Of a stretch of DNA of 32,000 nucleotides, positions 29,101 to 32,000 are shown piece by piece. Source of the stretch: Mucisphaera calidilacus (lineage in GTDB: Bacteria > Planctomycetota > Phycisphaerae > Phycisphaerales > Phycisphaeraceae); NCBI RefSeq assembly GCF_007748075.1, contig NZ_CP036280.1, positions 360,001 to 392,000 on the forward strand. The letters are read 5' to 3'. The notes below the pieces were generated by a model that saw nothing but the letters and a program-made list of their open reading frames with translations, ran no database searches and had not been told where the DNA came from. The first letter of the stretch is position 1; every line of letters starts with the position of its first letter. The translations under genes were made by a program, and so were the position numbers.

Positions 29101-32000
29101 CATCGACGGACGCAACAGCGTCCTCATCGACGGTCCGATCGGTGCCCTCCAGACCGACGACGCACGCACCACCGCCGATGTCGCCATCACCTCCGCCACC
29201 GCCGACGTCACCCTCACTGAGGAGTCCGGCTGGATCGAGACCGGCGGACGCATCGTCATCACCGGCGACACGCTCTACATCGATGGCGTCATCAAGAACG
29301 CCGGCGACGCCGACAGCTCCGTCCCCAACCCGGCCGACCCGAGCACCTATGAGGTCGTTCTCGACGCCGCCATCAACACCATCGTCACCGGCGACATCGA
29401 TGCCTTCGGCTCCGTCCTGATCGACAACCCCGTCGCCTTCGTCCTCCAGGGCTCCATCGCCGCCGGCGAGGTCGAGACCTTCGTCTTCCCGACCGAGGCA
29501 CGAGGCTTGCTCACGAATCCGGGTGAAGAAGTCCGTATCATCGCGCCGGGCATCACCATCGCCAGCCAGACCGCCACCGTCGACGAAGAACTCATCGACC
29601 TCGACGGTGACGAGACACCCGACCTCGCGCCGGGCGACACCTACCTCCTCGGCTCGCAGGTCTCCGCCAGCGGGGCGGTCGTCCTCAACGCTGGCATCGA
29701 CGACATCATCATCGAGTTTGCCTCCGAGCTTCTTGCCTGGGACGACGACGCACAGATTCACCTGGTCGCCGACGGGGTCTCGATTCTTGGTGCCCTCTAC
29801 GCCGGCGCGGCTCGTGAACGCAACACCGACAACCCCGACCTGCTCTGGAACGGCGAGAACGCGGGCGTCGACATCGACGCACAGGTCATGGTCGGCCTCG
29901 GCGGAGCCGGGACCGCCACCGACGCCGACGTCTTCCTCGGCAACGCCGCCGCCCAGGGCGACCCCCTCGACCGCGCCGGCAGCATCACCGCCACCGGGCC
30001 CGTCACCATCGACGTCGACGCGGCCAACGGCATCTTCGCACTCACCGAGACCAGCTTCATCCGTGGCGACGCCAACCTCGTCGCAGGGGCCAGCCCCGTT
30101 GCCATGAGCAGCCTCGACATCAACTCAGGCGACATCGCCGACATCGCGGGCGTCATCGACTTCGCCGACGACAACTCGACCGTCAGCATCGAGACCACCA
30201 ACGGCATCATCAACGTCTCGGGCAGCATTGATGCCGGCGACACCCTCACCCTCAACGGCAACACCTCAGGCAACGTCACCACGCCCGTCAGCGTGCAGAT
30301 CACCAAACTCGTCTACGAGACCGTCAAGCAGACATTCCCCACCGACGACGGTGGGAACGCTCAGTTCACCATCGACCAATCCGGCAACCCGATCGACGAC
30401 TTCGGCTTCCTCCTCAGCATCAACCTCGGCGGTCAGGTTGAGCTCGAACTCGATGGCGTCACACCCAAGCGGCAGCTTGACGCTGAGAACAACCCGATCC
30501 TCGGCGACGGCCCTGTCTACCTGACCATCGACGGCGACGACAACCCCGTCACCGTTGACAAGCAAGGGCGCAAGCTCGAACTCCAGGGCAACGGCGACTA
30601 CAACCTCGTCGACGAAGCCGGGCAACTCCTCGACGAGGCCGGTTTCGTCATCGACATCGACGGCGTGCGCCTCGACGCCAACGGCGACCGGATCAACGTC
30701 TTCGGCTACCGCGTCGATGCCAACGGCAACTACCTCAACAGCACCGGTCAGACCGTCAACCTCTACGGCCAGCGTGTCGACGCCAACGGCAACCTGCTTG
30801 AGAACGACGGTGCCGACAACTGGTCCGGCAACCTCGTCAACAGCGCCGGCTACCGCGTCAACAGCGACGGCCTCCTCCTCAACGCTTCCGACGGCCTGCT
30901 CAACGGCGTCGGAGCTATCCGTGGTGCTGTCGATATTGGCGGAACCGACTACCTCACCGACCCGTACGGCAACCTCATCGACGACAACGGCGAACTCCTC
31001 GACGAGGCCGGCTTCCTCATCAATGAACGCGGCCAGCGCATCAACACCGACGGCACGCCGCTCTCGCCCATCGACACGCCGGTGCTCGGCGGCAACCGAG
31101 TCGCCGTCGACCCGCTGACTCTCGAGGACCCTGTCGCCGGCAACGGCACCATCGACGGCGGCGCACCCGTCACCGGAGCAGCGCCCAAGGGCACCACCGG
31201 GCACGTCGTTGTCGACCTGCCCATCCGCCAGAGCGGTGGCGTTGTCAACACCTCCGCACCCGACAGCCAGATCATCATCACCGGCACGACGGATATCGAG
31301 ATCAGCGGCATGGTCGGCCGGGCCTACATGCAGGCCGAGGAAACCGCCGTCGACACCGGCAGCGTCAGCATCACCTCGACCACCGGCGAGGCTTACATCC
31401 GCACCGATGCGCTCGTCAACGCTCAGGACGACATCAGCATCACCGCCGAGAATGTCTGGGCCCTCGACGAGTCGGTCGTCATCACTCGTGCTGACCATAG
31501 CACCACCAGCCTGGTTGCTACCGGCTCCGGCGATGACGGCAAGATCTTCATCGCACGCAGCGAGATCTACTTCTTCCGCGCCCTCGTCTCCGCTGCAGGG
31601 CAGGTCCACCTCCAGGGTAAGGACATCAACGTCTGGGGCACCATCACGGTCACCGGCGACTACGCCGATCCCGCCGAGACCACGCGATCCGCCGCGCACC
31701 TCGAAGCCGACCGGCACATCCTCGTCCGTGGCGAGATCCTCAGCTCCGGCCACGCCGACCTCGACGCCGGCCTCGCTGATATCACCGGTGCCATCGTTGT
31801 CGCCGCCGAGGGCAAGATCGCCGCCGGCTTCGAGTCTGACATCCCGGCCGACATCACGCTCGATACGCCCGGCGAGGTTTCGATCCAGTCGTACGACGAC
31901 GAAGCCAACGACGACCTCCAGTTTGCGGCGCCCTTCGTCTCCTACGAGCCCACCTTCGTCGACGTCGTCACCGGCTTCCGCCGCGTCGAGGACGGCTTCA
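5150..32000 (+). CDS. Giant LEPR-XLL-type secreted/surface repeat protein, 3'-truncated by the window edge (at least 8,950 codons in the window)
   Basis: Frame 2 has a stop at 5081-5083 and then no in-frame stop up to nt 32000 in my manual end-to-end translation. No frame-2 ORF fragment appears in the track after 5150, which fits an unterminated ORF. ATG 5150 is preceded by AAGGGGA (5140-5146). The translation is coherent throughout, with LEPRLLLSA, GGxGxD repeats and several internally consistent repeat families. The start codon is less certain; the alternative is ATG 5183. Confidence 0.95.
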   Translation, partial: MRRRVLRSLRRMLGLKRNRPSLAQRVEQLQTGARLRLRCFLDRALLRPLAGRTTTASALLDPKFESLEPRLLLSADAPDWSLFDEDQHGVAAESQVSEPGTEDLPASARSYSLLAASGSVGGTLFAQGSGDADGVAGVSVDVEDLRERMEALRDDWLGSLDQSDVFNVEVPFIDASLADVVDLGKAFDVAVLQKIAWGGLETLEDFADELSRAGALAEGQAVSYDPASQQVTIPIDFEIALHEVDLRDLSRLGLVDIDRMVDEGLVQLGDYVDPDDLLDHGYIDVAGMIGLGLISTGDVADWGAVDQQAIIDAGLIGVAGLAQHNLVDGSDQVDLDALLDSGLVTLGDLVEKELVTYASITGGLGFVQELNLLATNIADYGLDLSSQLQSVDLIDLSAAFAADANAFTDLIAAELIGVADLAIDTLALDDLIAGGVTTLQELVDEGILTADDLSDTLRLEVVELLDQTTLTLSGLIDAGVIRIESFRSDASVTVLDLVGDGVATLRQLVDAGLITPDDFGPITIPESELVNSGLLTQFQLDFNALVTAGQVALSDLVEGDFVDLLDLIEEGLLDVHDLATSSLDARALLESGLADLRTLADNALLQADALLDGVWASAHQLADDGVLTLSELVSSALVDAEDMIRDAVDIRALLDAGVTDLLSLAQNDVLLPAQVALDAVLSSDVATEATDLFNRISTAGGVIGPGSIIDLDDLLQNFPVGLSDLVYFGLVTQDVLPDLGSVDRSALLATKAIDESVLRRKGAEGAVNEGLLTLGQLSDLGVIDRANLKDLAPIEIDAFELTAQAVAQADADGYIIHGSGATLAGLLARPDVTLERLLDLGLVATTDLGDLGTILLSDLFVLGTLSRADILASNVLDAELLDGLIAVDDTVAIADLTTGGLASLGDLVDAGLLGLADFNLVLPFHTLTENDLLASGLITPARLEGSGLLLTGGTPEQRFVRTHELITQGYAELSDLLDAGLIDASRLLTTSLYVTLLQDAGVLAMNALEAHGLGQNGDVDVEALVATGLVTLDQLVAVGLIAEEDFYDDNLVLLRNLVDAALVTAADLAADQTLDLDDLLDTNVVGRQYVDDAGLVDEVAGVSDRILITDLLGDPNVTLASLIESGVLSYRDFANIAFAQEVLEATTLEGSPLFVEGQFDDLVRLGSVALGDLLGSILFDNSLDAYVDAEFLDRFDFNDVSLDAAALEGAFAVDVPDDRGPTIALYDLLTTLPAVTLQSLIQNGFLSDADLVDPAKPLDIVDLEASDLFETGDLLNFVSQRSVYLHDVAEDVNLATLAEAGLLVAGDLIVNRAGELAEFVDEGLLGKQSFRDVAIPVATITDNTTLSSTDLNNQGIVDAGTVSLHDLIDAEIIALDQLITDGVVTVADLVADVTSRDVDDVLDADALERAILEDAGVLTGAENDRVRLNGSSSLLSENLATLLALTTQRVVNPSHFDAGASVDKDDLVTAGLLTEVDLIEAGLVSAAELSVTSIGLKQLDQTGALPLDRLTSIDDYIDLGVVTQPQVDGVDTLDKADLIASGLVNETELLQAGLLGEQIELSDLLTSGLVTTEQLLLNSVTYSDGYVATQDLVDSGLTSVAALEGASLTGTQIDVADLINSGLVTLLDLVDNGIDLDDLLAASLSGGTPTEQQVIDAGLFDPSVDIAELVSSGLLSVQDLIDGGVLPATIESAVLVGLNLVTGTQLVAASLITHGQLDSQTFPSVSLTSLLAALRDGGDAGSTLINLTDLLKAGFFTADQPRADLISAGIASDIAMTGAGLVGASVDVQDLVQAGLTTFESLDLGGFLTTGVDYRTVVGAPFAAATGVTIIDDDLVGAGLLWKRVDPDALDALGLATLADLASAGLIVDPLISRAELDELGSVDVDILRLPPVDLARLLATDLVDDRGEVDLDALLDTPVAGGDGLVLVNVADLARLGLIDWTDVNGHDVNYFGLSNRSLDLAGDFGLELVGMTTEATADLRATASAGFDLVIDLNGLDNASGIVWLLEDATATAQLAFNVIDLDVAARLGFIGVTLADVSGLESGVAVDLTRTITADLDGNDATTNDRLVELDLLLGASLDEHLVGSVSGSAAATLRGIKVNTGIGGIPVGHGASVILTVADLESAKGEGYYELALNDLPGIFRVHELLKIEDLMSMLIRTQDYVRKALDQLPFWATDPQSPLYELTKDVKIPVINKSPGELLELIGQLDDAVTEVQRFLYDPENDAQRLVAFVMDALGLDIEADSDKFSVYMEGNILRLRLNLIEDFSEDIPLDFDLSALAGAISGDTAEIAGIDSLVSTEGSGTIALKGFAEFQIDAGIDLGPRADGQAPDYFLYDYDAGLEQGTRVEAGFKVLGSGINLDFEIFDAIGVSSTGALILMDADNNLTTNPELSDPDDRSDFVRVVFALDQQSGTGVTDDGLYRFDETLLGDNVVVEVNGGFAILLPIEINIFGTVIDFPGEPLFIRTNPAYITTDGGVFESNDGLAEVFRHLFGTTDPTPGPHDPILVNAPDIAGALGNLANSKIRELLEQLAGLIEGLKQQLLDANLFDLAIPGTNQSIDDLFGAGNDNGLAGVDTATGVEAFLDIDTYVLEYLKTVTWVGAGSVADGTLTANDVFNGLATFLTNHWVPTLPGIGAAVGGGFITITSSGDQLSLDVNGNYTFNKDLLWDLDSQLGDTGLSLTGDLNFNAAFNALLDLDFGVNLATGATEFNFNEFTFDGSFDSTSLSPSLDYNGISTVSVNNGTVDLDLGGRVYTDGSGDFRFDPSMAGDGSSLENSIEIELPLELLSNPVGTIGFADTDFYDGQLDPGFTADLSGLTGILDNAAYIALDLLGESVDDLRGTLLTQYDQQGDPVPGTGSFLDENIAGTDTSIARVLGLDSLLNLGDYIRHYLRPQLPESGTFERDLTIPLGYLDGGSVDPRTNWYGDASGNNVPTIGGLLQYLEDNWLPTLGGGAGGFSWQLIGSDAVEIVFTANSPFTRTVGVDLGADAENLGLELEAEANFELDIQQDVMATLLFDWGADTTSFTLDHYDFSIDADVNDLFAGASFGPLDISVGQEAPDGLKGSASLDLAGRLSFNNAVELARTDLLFEAGDLAFRLTPELDPTNNLEIDLPLFASLAGVDLGSVEQGSIPRVGLAGSIFPNAAGADPLRFTSENLEELVDFSDFNIGTLIAMIQGTINWLEEISNADFLSTEIPFTDKTLGDVLDFATVFSDQVLSKIDFERIRTVQDFIDAFTRAGILPEDANVVYDPATQTLRLPSLFDFNLSDFGLRDLQRNGEVTFANLIDIGALDPETVLSKGTLLDNMLGLTLIQFREFVRWELVPEDAFDGTGITVADLESLGLIEAGALNGTGLVAAGQIAVEDLIGTDAVNVSLLDLIDADLLGSADLTLPLGDRRVPYIDLVESRLLNVNELTALGVTLYDRDGNTTSTPSDAETVDLQDLIDLARFSLTELLDMGFVGRSEFNDATTITVAALEAAELIAENALDGEPIVTAGEVTLGDLLAAESPVSVALADLIENGLVGRGDMTLGDITLGNLSIDGFDLHDFVDLGFLDQNTVSTFVYDRFGLEDVPLDLGLDLGGVLELSTTATADLVAEIEAGLDWVIDLDGLNGTEGLTILVENAHIAGRAWFDVNDLEMGAKLGFLGLTAGGAGSGSGIHLFAEASATLDADGNLDTTDDRTFELFDLFTGSLFDNLVLDFDGYAEAALNNFQVDGSIPGLNEAALAGQEISIAIPSIVNQTGTEVLKSGEKTPAEIQELKDLERIVIILPDFDDTFNFTDLDFASIITMIRQGVELLDQALTDVPFYRESIPVVNRSLEDVLDFINDLTQKLEEAANNPAAVLQDVEEVIEDALGIGDDALDLFLDGDALRIDLNWQPLAYEEMLPFAFDLGGMKDLSGDSNASELSGINSLVDANGAVSLYAGLEANLQFGVDFSEVDTGGLGALEFFFVDYDDNGTPGNTADDSGTRVAFEARLLADDLDLTINPFDIGVADGFAVLDGDGDPLTDDMAAFTLFLDQDGNAVPDDGRFVIGSESLGDNLDYAIVGGFAVELPLQVFGTTLGTPLGVATNPVYGTDGLKELFLHLTNDSGAGASDPIVLTYPDLTGALGGDFGLLGILNDPTYILDGVDLALGGVQEVVGSGFAQDLPLIGDELGEAATFIRDLRQGFLADLRAKLSGPGQAINFIREAMWDAFGPTGLDILLDQSGDGQLAIEDIEVAWYDVDGNKIKDWIVGEAVPESGFVYDSSGVFVGDGVAIPAGGFQVSDDTDAIQFDLDLGGTVFGTGVDIPLEIDLPGFGLDVDGGFGVAMDWSYDFGMGLSLNDGFYLATNDKANDEDPELEVEIGAFLDGKPLDNTVVTPFYAEGTLLFFKVTATDTDRDEAKPGFQPSGVFGFLELDAIGDDTTGRLTLNHFLSSPIEDVFELDMGIEAALNLELGLELDGVEGLPRLVADLVLTWDWTLQEGASEPDIGLYDLGLEVGSFVSEVLKPITENISDVLSPFEPVVDVLLEPIPGLDAFIEDPNLLGLINFVASLTGNPEIPPQFFYAVDSMLDIVAQVNALLGTDGRILLGDITGLGTTSVESTQAESSIPAGLQSFLDQIRLDGAGGTPANSGFSSGGSSTERSGFEIVEYLTDIGNWASLITGGDAILFTYELPYLEWGMSFSQQIAQIPLGPIQIVVSAVGSFEVFADLGFGYDTYGIRKAIETGNAWQAFDGFFVADYALSGPNKGQEKDEFGFSAEIGLEAALWLLLVEAGIGGVIGFEAGLDLQDVVDDGRIRASELATMWTYTGNGAPGGLANLVNLSARAFFEAYAFVDVGISIPFVGKIMSRVVDWTIADVTIFELEYNAPKVEPILATISGDQLILNTGKRAGDREYLDFTDGGERFTVTGDSSSITVKYDEWEQTYDGSFTTLIADGGAGDDVFNASGLMGVNVEFDGGVGNDALTSGSGTATMTGGAGDDRLIATNATGVVYLEGGDGNDTLSGGSGVNTLIGNSGDDRLTGGDQADVIDGGTGVDTLNGGAGIETYIFGDGFGEDRFQDTSDASILDFSALSDDMDVRITESLVQIATDSEELRISRPNISTIILGSGNDNIRLSELAEGTLMLEDTGGANTYTLEMQAQTNNKGDAIVQIIDSDDQHDELILNNLVGINPDDVGDDVIYINNMEIESGRQFVRFDNSLELITMNVVDSSIDDTATTTDFASDLTIDSNHGGGAIIGQSGLYVNARNLTVLSSLDGRDFVFDVETDFVLEGNVHATGEFDVAANTVGTLSTLGEVAYNIDANDMDWHIRVSDVNVTGNLNAINNGRIAITADSTDTGAGEEANITLHNDVTSGSGDNADQLGGGELEFIASGDITLENQPAFLGAGSHLILAADNIFNDDAPDNRIVTTVGGITVLTRDEGAVSGSEIIIRETDDLVVYGLDIADNGALNPVGLSSAHGEIDVRLAAVDARLTLDSGSIVTRDPGLDITLTADDFDFLPAPDARSDEPDRAIGGIIGTGDLIIRATNASRFVMGTAAEAPEGNDWTDIAADFPDFTNYPGHVGGNFTGEGLEATYDEDGSLFTDTVHLSTRDLSAIADGFSLITIGEDVGDTNPTYEMIFGDAMDAQVVKDTGLDRVRDSSFRDDVILNAERIFIEGEVEAIAPLGQSAILFDVNTDRLHIKSKNINNPLGGTDSGITGDLLNLLGVRNRMIVDGWVRTDGDIMVNIQGDGEDYASPMMSDVAYLDPKRLNNFIQGVAGTLETNADGGVIEIITKNSVVLEGRSFVNGTGSRITITPGTFFELVQIAGSIQAPDAEALVEISAPEAVYINGEILAGAAYDGGVKRLTGVGADVVIDTPHELRIFGAITSSDVLELTAGTDQDYNQRDPEDASIHLTGQLTFLGDNSLLRLEGPDDILIEGSIFGRGDNSGLLIDSQQRVKFATSFVEVEDGIDIYGRGQTVDLETGELSSVYIAPTAVITSFDAGSDINITGANDVDVLGTVVAGGSIGLTGVTWSGPDSHATVTAGEQVVIDSGILASDTVTIIGGAASADDVSLDPDNAGLPVNDQRRVSVIVTTAGGITAAGRTSDNTPGEINIYGQSGVEMMGHLYAGANRSLLFDTQGNLIREEIDWSGSVGGNVNIESPAEVFIGGFAENLNNQVQLGANVNLQIDTTGNGVSNGSVGVNAAVTASNQSLSQLRDDVATPLASAFGSDVEVIVRDNKLVFTSADPFTILSSSSNKDLLGLGGGNLVASEIIAIAGTTADAAPAGFDFSAGSDVVLRFNDGNGDALGEVTIAAADTAGLTTLSELADLVRQTVRDVEDLRDINVTTESGSIRFTSFYDFQIDQSSVNADTLGFTTVAAATVASTRDASTYEVTAANALFGDVVVTGGYIAASTEVNLRNIDTAEHPYAGGDTGVWIEASSEISTNDDFSTVNIDAKNDALIEGHIIAGGEFETIRDAQTGAFIGTRLIDFGLDAANTEIRIEAEKQVRIGTVLRAGGLIEVIGGDPGEDDPDDLFDFGSSSVLVFGSAELETWGENSTILLKGAKDISVLTPTHFHQVEPDTWAKGPVATIVADGEVRNFGVLASDVVLEMRRGKGLSAVTETITVSAVDAGTDLALFNHVQAAFDSSTEFQDVFVNRIGRHIIFEAPYDFEILPESTNLDLLGLETARSSIVFYQPAEIAGTDDLATTGRLVSDVTLDLELEDGLGGTITGTVDILASATTANSTVADLIADINNALDASAFGAINVIARDNRLVFQTDDLDFSITSSSTNVNQLGLRGVWDTVELREEATLTGSDSLPTTGVLPRDLVLVIRIDATDVDDTLLGAIILTPADTAGNTTQQDLVDDLNAKLAATDIPRYETQLTFADYLTATLDNGHVVITGTEAFRLRTASQNETLLGYDAPVDLPATEIFYDAILTADTTPPSPVLSSPVTLELVIDRFGVISNETLTVTPDATNATTQDLVDDINTELVLLGINDLEARDNAGTIEFVAHNDFTIEQTSTNANLLGLTTVHGGADVSATRADSIHQLTAGNALWSTGVLAEDVTLNLTTTDSDDNVVNTTVTIARSATDGTDGNTRNTTHDDLADDVTDALAAAGLDITARVDTGSLVLASDTLDITVLGTSSSSDLLGLADAFNGIDETSVRPPSVYELTTETTATTGVLADNVTLDLVIALEDPNQQTIQSLESNDGWEILTGQIDPDLPEIASRTIDNVVSASVTIFRDDTLTNATLDDIADDINEALIRSELRDFTASVESGRILISSGRAFALQLTSENANLLGLTAIADPETEATRDDPTNRVEPRDTMINGRLAEDITLRFALDDGLGGTWNGNVIIAAADTNGITPGTAANNGVSDLIIDINKALADTAIPGHPGNLMFGDVVQAVALAGDAAASDDTPPAPSIMFVSDAGFTIDSQAADALSQLGFNTGTLGSAASTPGYEVTAESVLPGGHQTAGDVTLTLLIDVGLTSTVTIPQADTLTNASLGELLADIRAALQQGEVLNTGDSSPTGSYASQYIQATALNGTLTLASDVAFTIDASASTNAQHLGLDAVSLGTDAVATQPAPTENLVADTPLPASYALTDDVTLELRLKTSDTTESSHTVTITAAAASDNTSVDDLITDINNALVAAVGDTSVQVSLDDAGKIIFTGTEAFRINYASENESLLGFAPMPNDGIVANKSSDTGELPEDVTFVVWVNLGTQKIVGEVTVPAEITLTNNSNEGIGDLVDDIQDALNGAVTFDPGDGLRNGLSGGSYYDAQTGDPFDFADFADNPVTVGGDADPIIKVKLLRGKLLFTSQYEFEILPTWNTAPFDSDPLVSSNIELLGLDAVAEGLTAETTRPYNLIATAAGSQVVFETESNAGELYIAGGVRSDSQIVMQGVNGGDFTSFDFDWSGIMETTNGPIMLDLGTNGHLRGDLIAGGANGDVIITADDTLEISGIIVAERNIDIDAGFVAAASGDPVSVTINKTAWLRTNGGPLDPQAITIDGRNSVLIDGPIGALQTDDARTTADVAITSATADVTLTEESGWIETGGRIVITGDTLYIDGVIKNAGDADSSVPNPADPSTYEVVLDAAINTIVTGDIDAFGSVLIDNPVAFVLQGSIAAGEVETFVFPTEARGLLTNPGEEVRIIAPGITIASQTATVDEELIDLDGDETPDLAPGDTYLLGSQVSASGAVVLNAGIDDIIIEFASELLAWDDDAQIHLVADGVSILGALYAGAARERNTDNPDLLWNGENAGVDIDAQVMVGLGGAGTATDADVFLGNAAAQGDPLDRAGSITATGPVTIDVDAANGIFALTETSFIRGDANLVAGASPVAMSSLDINSGDIADIAGVIDFADDNSTVSIETTNGIINVSGSIDAGDTLTLNGNTSGNVTTPVSVQITKLVYETVKQTFPTDDGGNAQFTIDQSGNPIDDFGFLLSINLGGQVELELDGVTPKRQLDAENNPILGDGPVYLTIDGDDNPVTVDKQGRKLELQGNGDYNLVDEAGQLLDEAGFVIDIDGVRLDANGDRINVFGYRVDANGNYLNSTGQTVNLYGQRVDANGNLLENDGADNWSGNLVNSAGYRVNSDGLLLNASDGLLNGVGAIRGAVDIGGTDYLTDPYGNLIDDNGELLDEAGFLINERGQRINTDGTPLSPIDTPVLGGNRVAVDPLTLEDPVAGNGTIDGGAPVTGAAPKGTTGHVVVDLPIRQSGGVVNTSAPDSQIIITGTTDIEISGMVGRAYMQAEETAVDTGSVSITSTTGEAYIRTDALVNAQDDISITAENVWALDESVVITRADHSTTSLVATGSGDDGKIFIARSEIYFFRALVSAAGQVHLQGKDINVWGTITVTGDYADPAETTRSAAHLEADRHILVRGEILSSGHADLDAGLADITGAIVVAAEGKIAAGFESDIPADITLDTPGEVSIQSYDDEANDDLQFAAPFVSYEPTFVDVVTGFRRVEDGF
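5348..5374 (+). other. LEPRxLL ('LEPR-XLL') N-terminal motif
   Basis: Residues 67-75 read LEPRLLLSA, preceded by an Arg-rich leader (MRRRVLRSLRRMLGLKRNRPS...). This motif is characteristic of large planctomycete secreted proteins. Confidence 0.8.
5654..5879 (+). repeat. Junction element copy 1 (precedes repeat array 1)
   Basis: EVPFIDASLADVVDLGKAFDVAVLQKI..LEDFADELSRAGALAEGQAVSYDPASQQVTIPIDFEI aligns by eye with copy 2 at 14741-14956. Confidence 0.7.
5880..10985 (+). repeat. Array 1 of degenerate short 'DL(V/I)D(A)G(L/V)(I/V)Txx(D)L' repeats (~1,700 aa)
   Basis: Examples are LRQLVDAGLITPDDF, LSGLIDAGVIRIESF, LQELVDEGILTADDL, LSDLLDAGLIDASRL, LGDLVDAGLLGLADF and VQDLIDGGVLPATIE. The array starts at DLSRLGLVDID and ends at DLARLGLIDWTD. 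Cores are spaced 11 aa apart when adjacent and usually ~20-25 aa apart. Confidence 0.85.
11020..12715 (+). repeat. Module A conserved core (paralogous to 15860-17505)
   Basis: LELVGMTTEATADLRATASAGFDLVIDLNGLDNASGIVWLLEDA...VIDLDVAARLGFIGVTL, IPVINKSPGELLELIGQL, NGGFAILLPIEINIFGT...FIRTNPAY and DPILVNAPDIAGALG align in the same order with module A'. Confidence 0.75.
14741..14956 (+). repeat. Junction element copy 2 (precedes repeat array 2)
   Basis: EIPFTDKTLGDVLDFATVFSDQVLSKI..VQDFIDAFTRAGILPEDANVVYDPATQTLRLPSLFDF aligns with copy 1. Confidence 0.7.
14957..15840 (+). repeat. Array 2 of the same 'DxGL' short repeats (~295 aa)
   Basis: Examples are ADLESLGLIEAGAL, VEDLIGTDAV, LLDLIDADLLGSADL, LQDLIDLARFSLTELLDMGFV, LADLIENGLVGRGDM and HDFVDLGFLDQNTV. 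Confidence 0.75.
15860..17505 (+). repeat. Module A' conserved core (paralogous to 11020-12715)
   Basis: VLELSTTATADLVAEIEAGLDWVIDLDGLNGTEGLTILVENA...VNDLEMGAKLGFLGLTA, IPVVNRSLEDVLDFINDL, VGGFAVELPLQVFGT...VATNPVY and DPIVLTYPDLTGALG. Confidence 0.75.
19910..20260 (+). repeat. RTX / hemolysin-type calcium-binding nonapeptide repeats (GGxGxD)
   Basis: The run reads GGAGDDVFN..GGVGNDALT SGSGTATMT GGAGDDRLI..GGDGNDTLS GGSGVNTLI GNSGDDRLT GGDQADVID GGTGVDTLN GGAGIETYIFGDGFG. It is followed by the usual ...ILDFSALSDD tail. Confidence 0.9.
20770..23640 (+). other. Beta-helix-like tract I (irregular ~20-25 aa turns rich in G/N/D-I-T-L/V)
   Basis: Recurrent strings include GRIAITADS, ANITLHNDVTSG, GDITLENQ, GGITVLTRD, SEIIIRETD, LDITLTADD, GDLIIRATN, SDINITGAN and GEINIYGQSG. 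These are typical of parallel beta-helix adhesin or passenger regions. I assigned no family. Confidence 0.45.
23665..28627 (+). repeat. About 12 tandem copies of an unrecognised ~110-160 aa domain ending in S-x-N-x-x-LLG(L/F/Y)
   Basis: The (L/T/Q/H)LG(L/F/Y) anchors start at nt 23843, 24179, 25115, 25454, 25823, 26153, 26522, 26972, 27407, 27779, 28136 and 28616. Each unit also carries ..G.L..DVTL.L.., then ..VTI.AADT..N(T/A)(T/S)..DL(V/I)DDIN.AL.., then ..G.L.F....F.I. A beta-helix-like insert splits the array at ~24240-24850. Confidence 0.8.
28650..30300 (+). other. Beta-helix-like tract II
   Basis: Recurrent strings include GDVIITADDTLEISGIIVAERNIDIDAG, AITIDGRNSVLIDG, ADVAITSATADVTLTE, GRIVITGDTLYIDG, GPVTIDVDAANG and STVSIETTNGIINVSGSIDAGDTLTLNG. 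Confidence 0.45.
30335..31075 (+). repeat. Short YD-like beta-hairpin repeats ((Y/F)-x-V-D-x-x-G-x-L)
   Basis: The run reads LVDEAGQLLDEAGFVIDIDGVRLDANGDRINVFGYRVDANGNYLNSTGQTVNLYGQRVDANGNLLEN...YRVNSDGLLLNASDGLL...LTDPYGNLIDDNGELLDEAGFLINERGQRINTDGTPL. It only loosely resembles the YD/RHS or cell-wall-binding repeat logic. Confidence 0.4.
31230..32000 (+). other. Beta-helix-like tract III, running off the window
   Basis: Recurrent strings include SQIIITGTTDIEISG, GSVSITSTTGEAYIRTD, DDISITAENVWALD, GKIFIARSEIYF, GQVHLQGKDINVWGTITVTGD and RHILVRGEILSSG. Confidence 0.4.

Noticed and set aside
5226-31118. Many + strand frame-3 (and two frame-1) ORFs rich in S/T/P/R/A (e.g. 23451-24533, 26253-27059, 28260-28901, 20079-20600).
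   Set aside because: They are off-frame readings of the same giant ORF and are all interrupted by stops. Their low-complexity Ser/Thr/Pro/Arg composition is typical of +1 shifted high-GC coding sequence.
20984-31753. Minus-strand ORFs 20984-22798, 23711-24463, 25433-27946, 28697-29761 and 30266-31753 (G/V/D/E/A-rich, e.g. GGVGGLEAEFEGDVVGEG).
   Set aside because: They are antisense to the >80% C3 part of the giant gene. Their composition is exactly the complement of the NNC codon bias. They have no start context or motifs.
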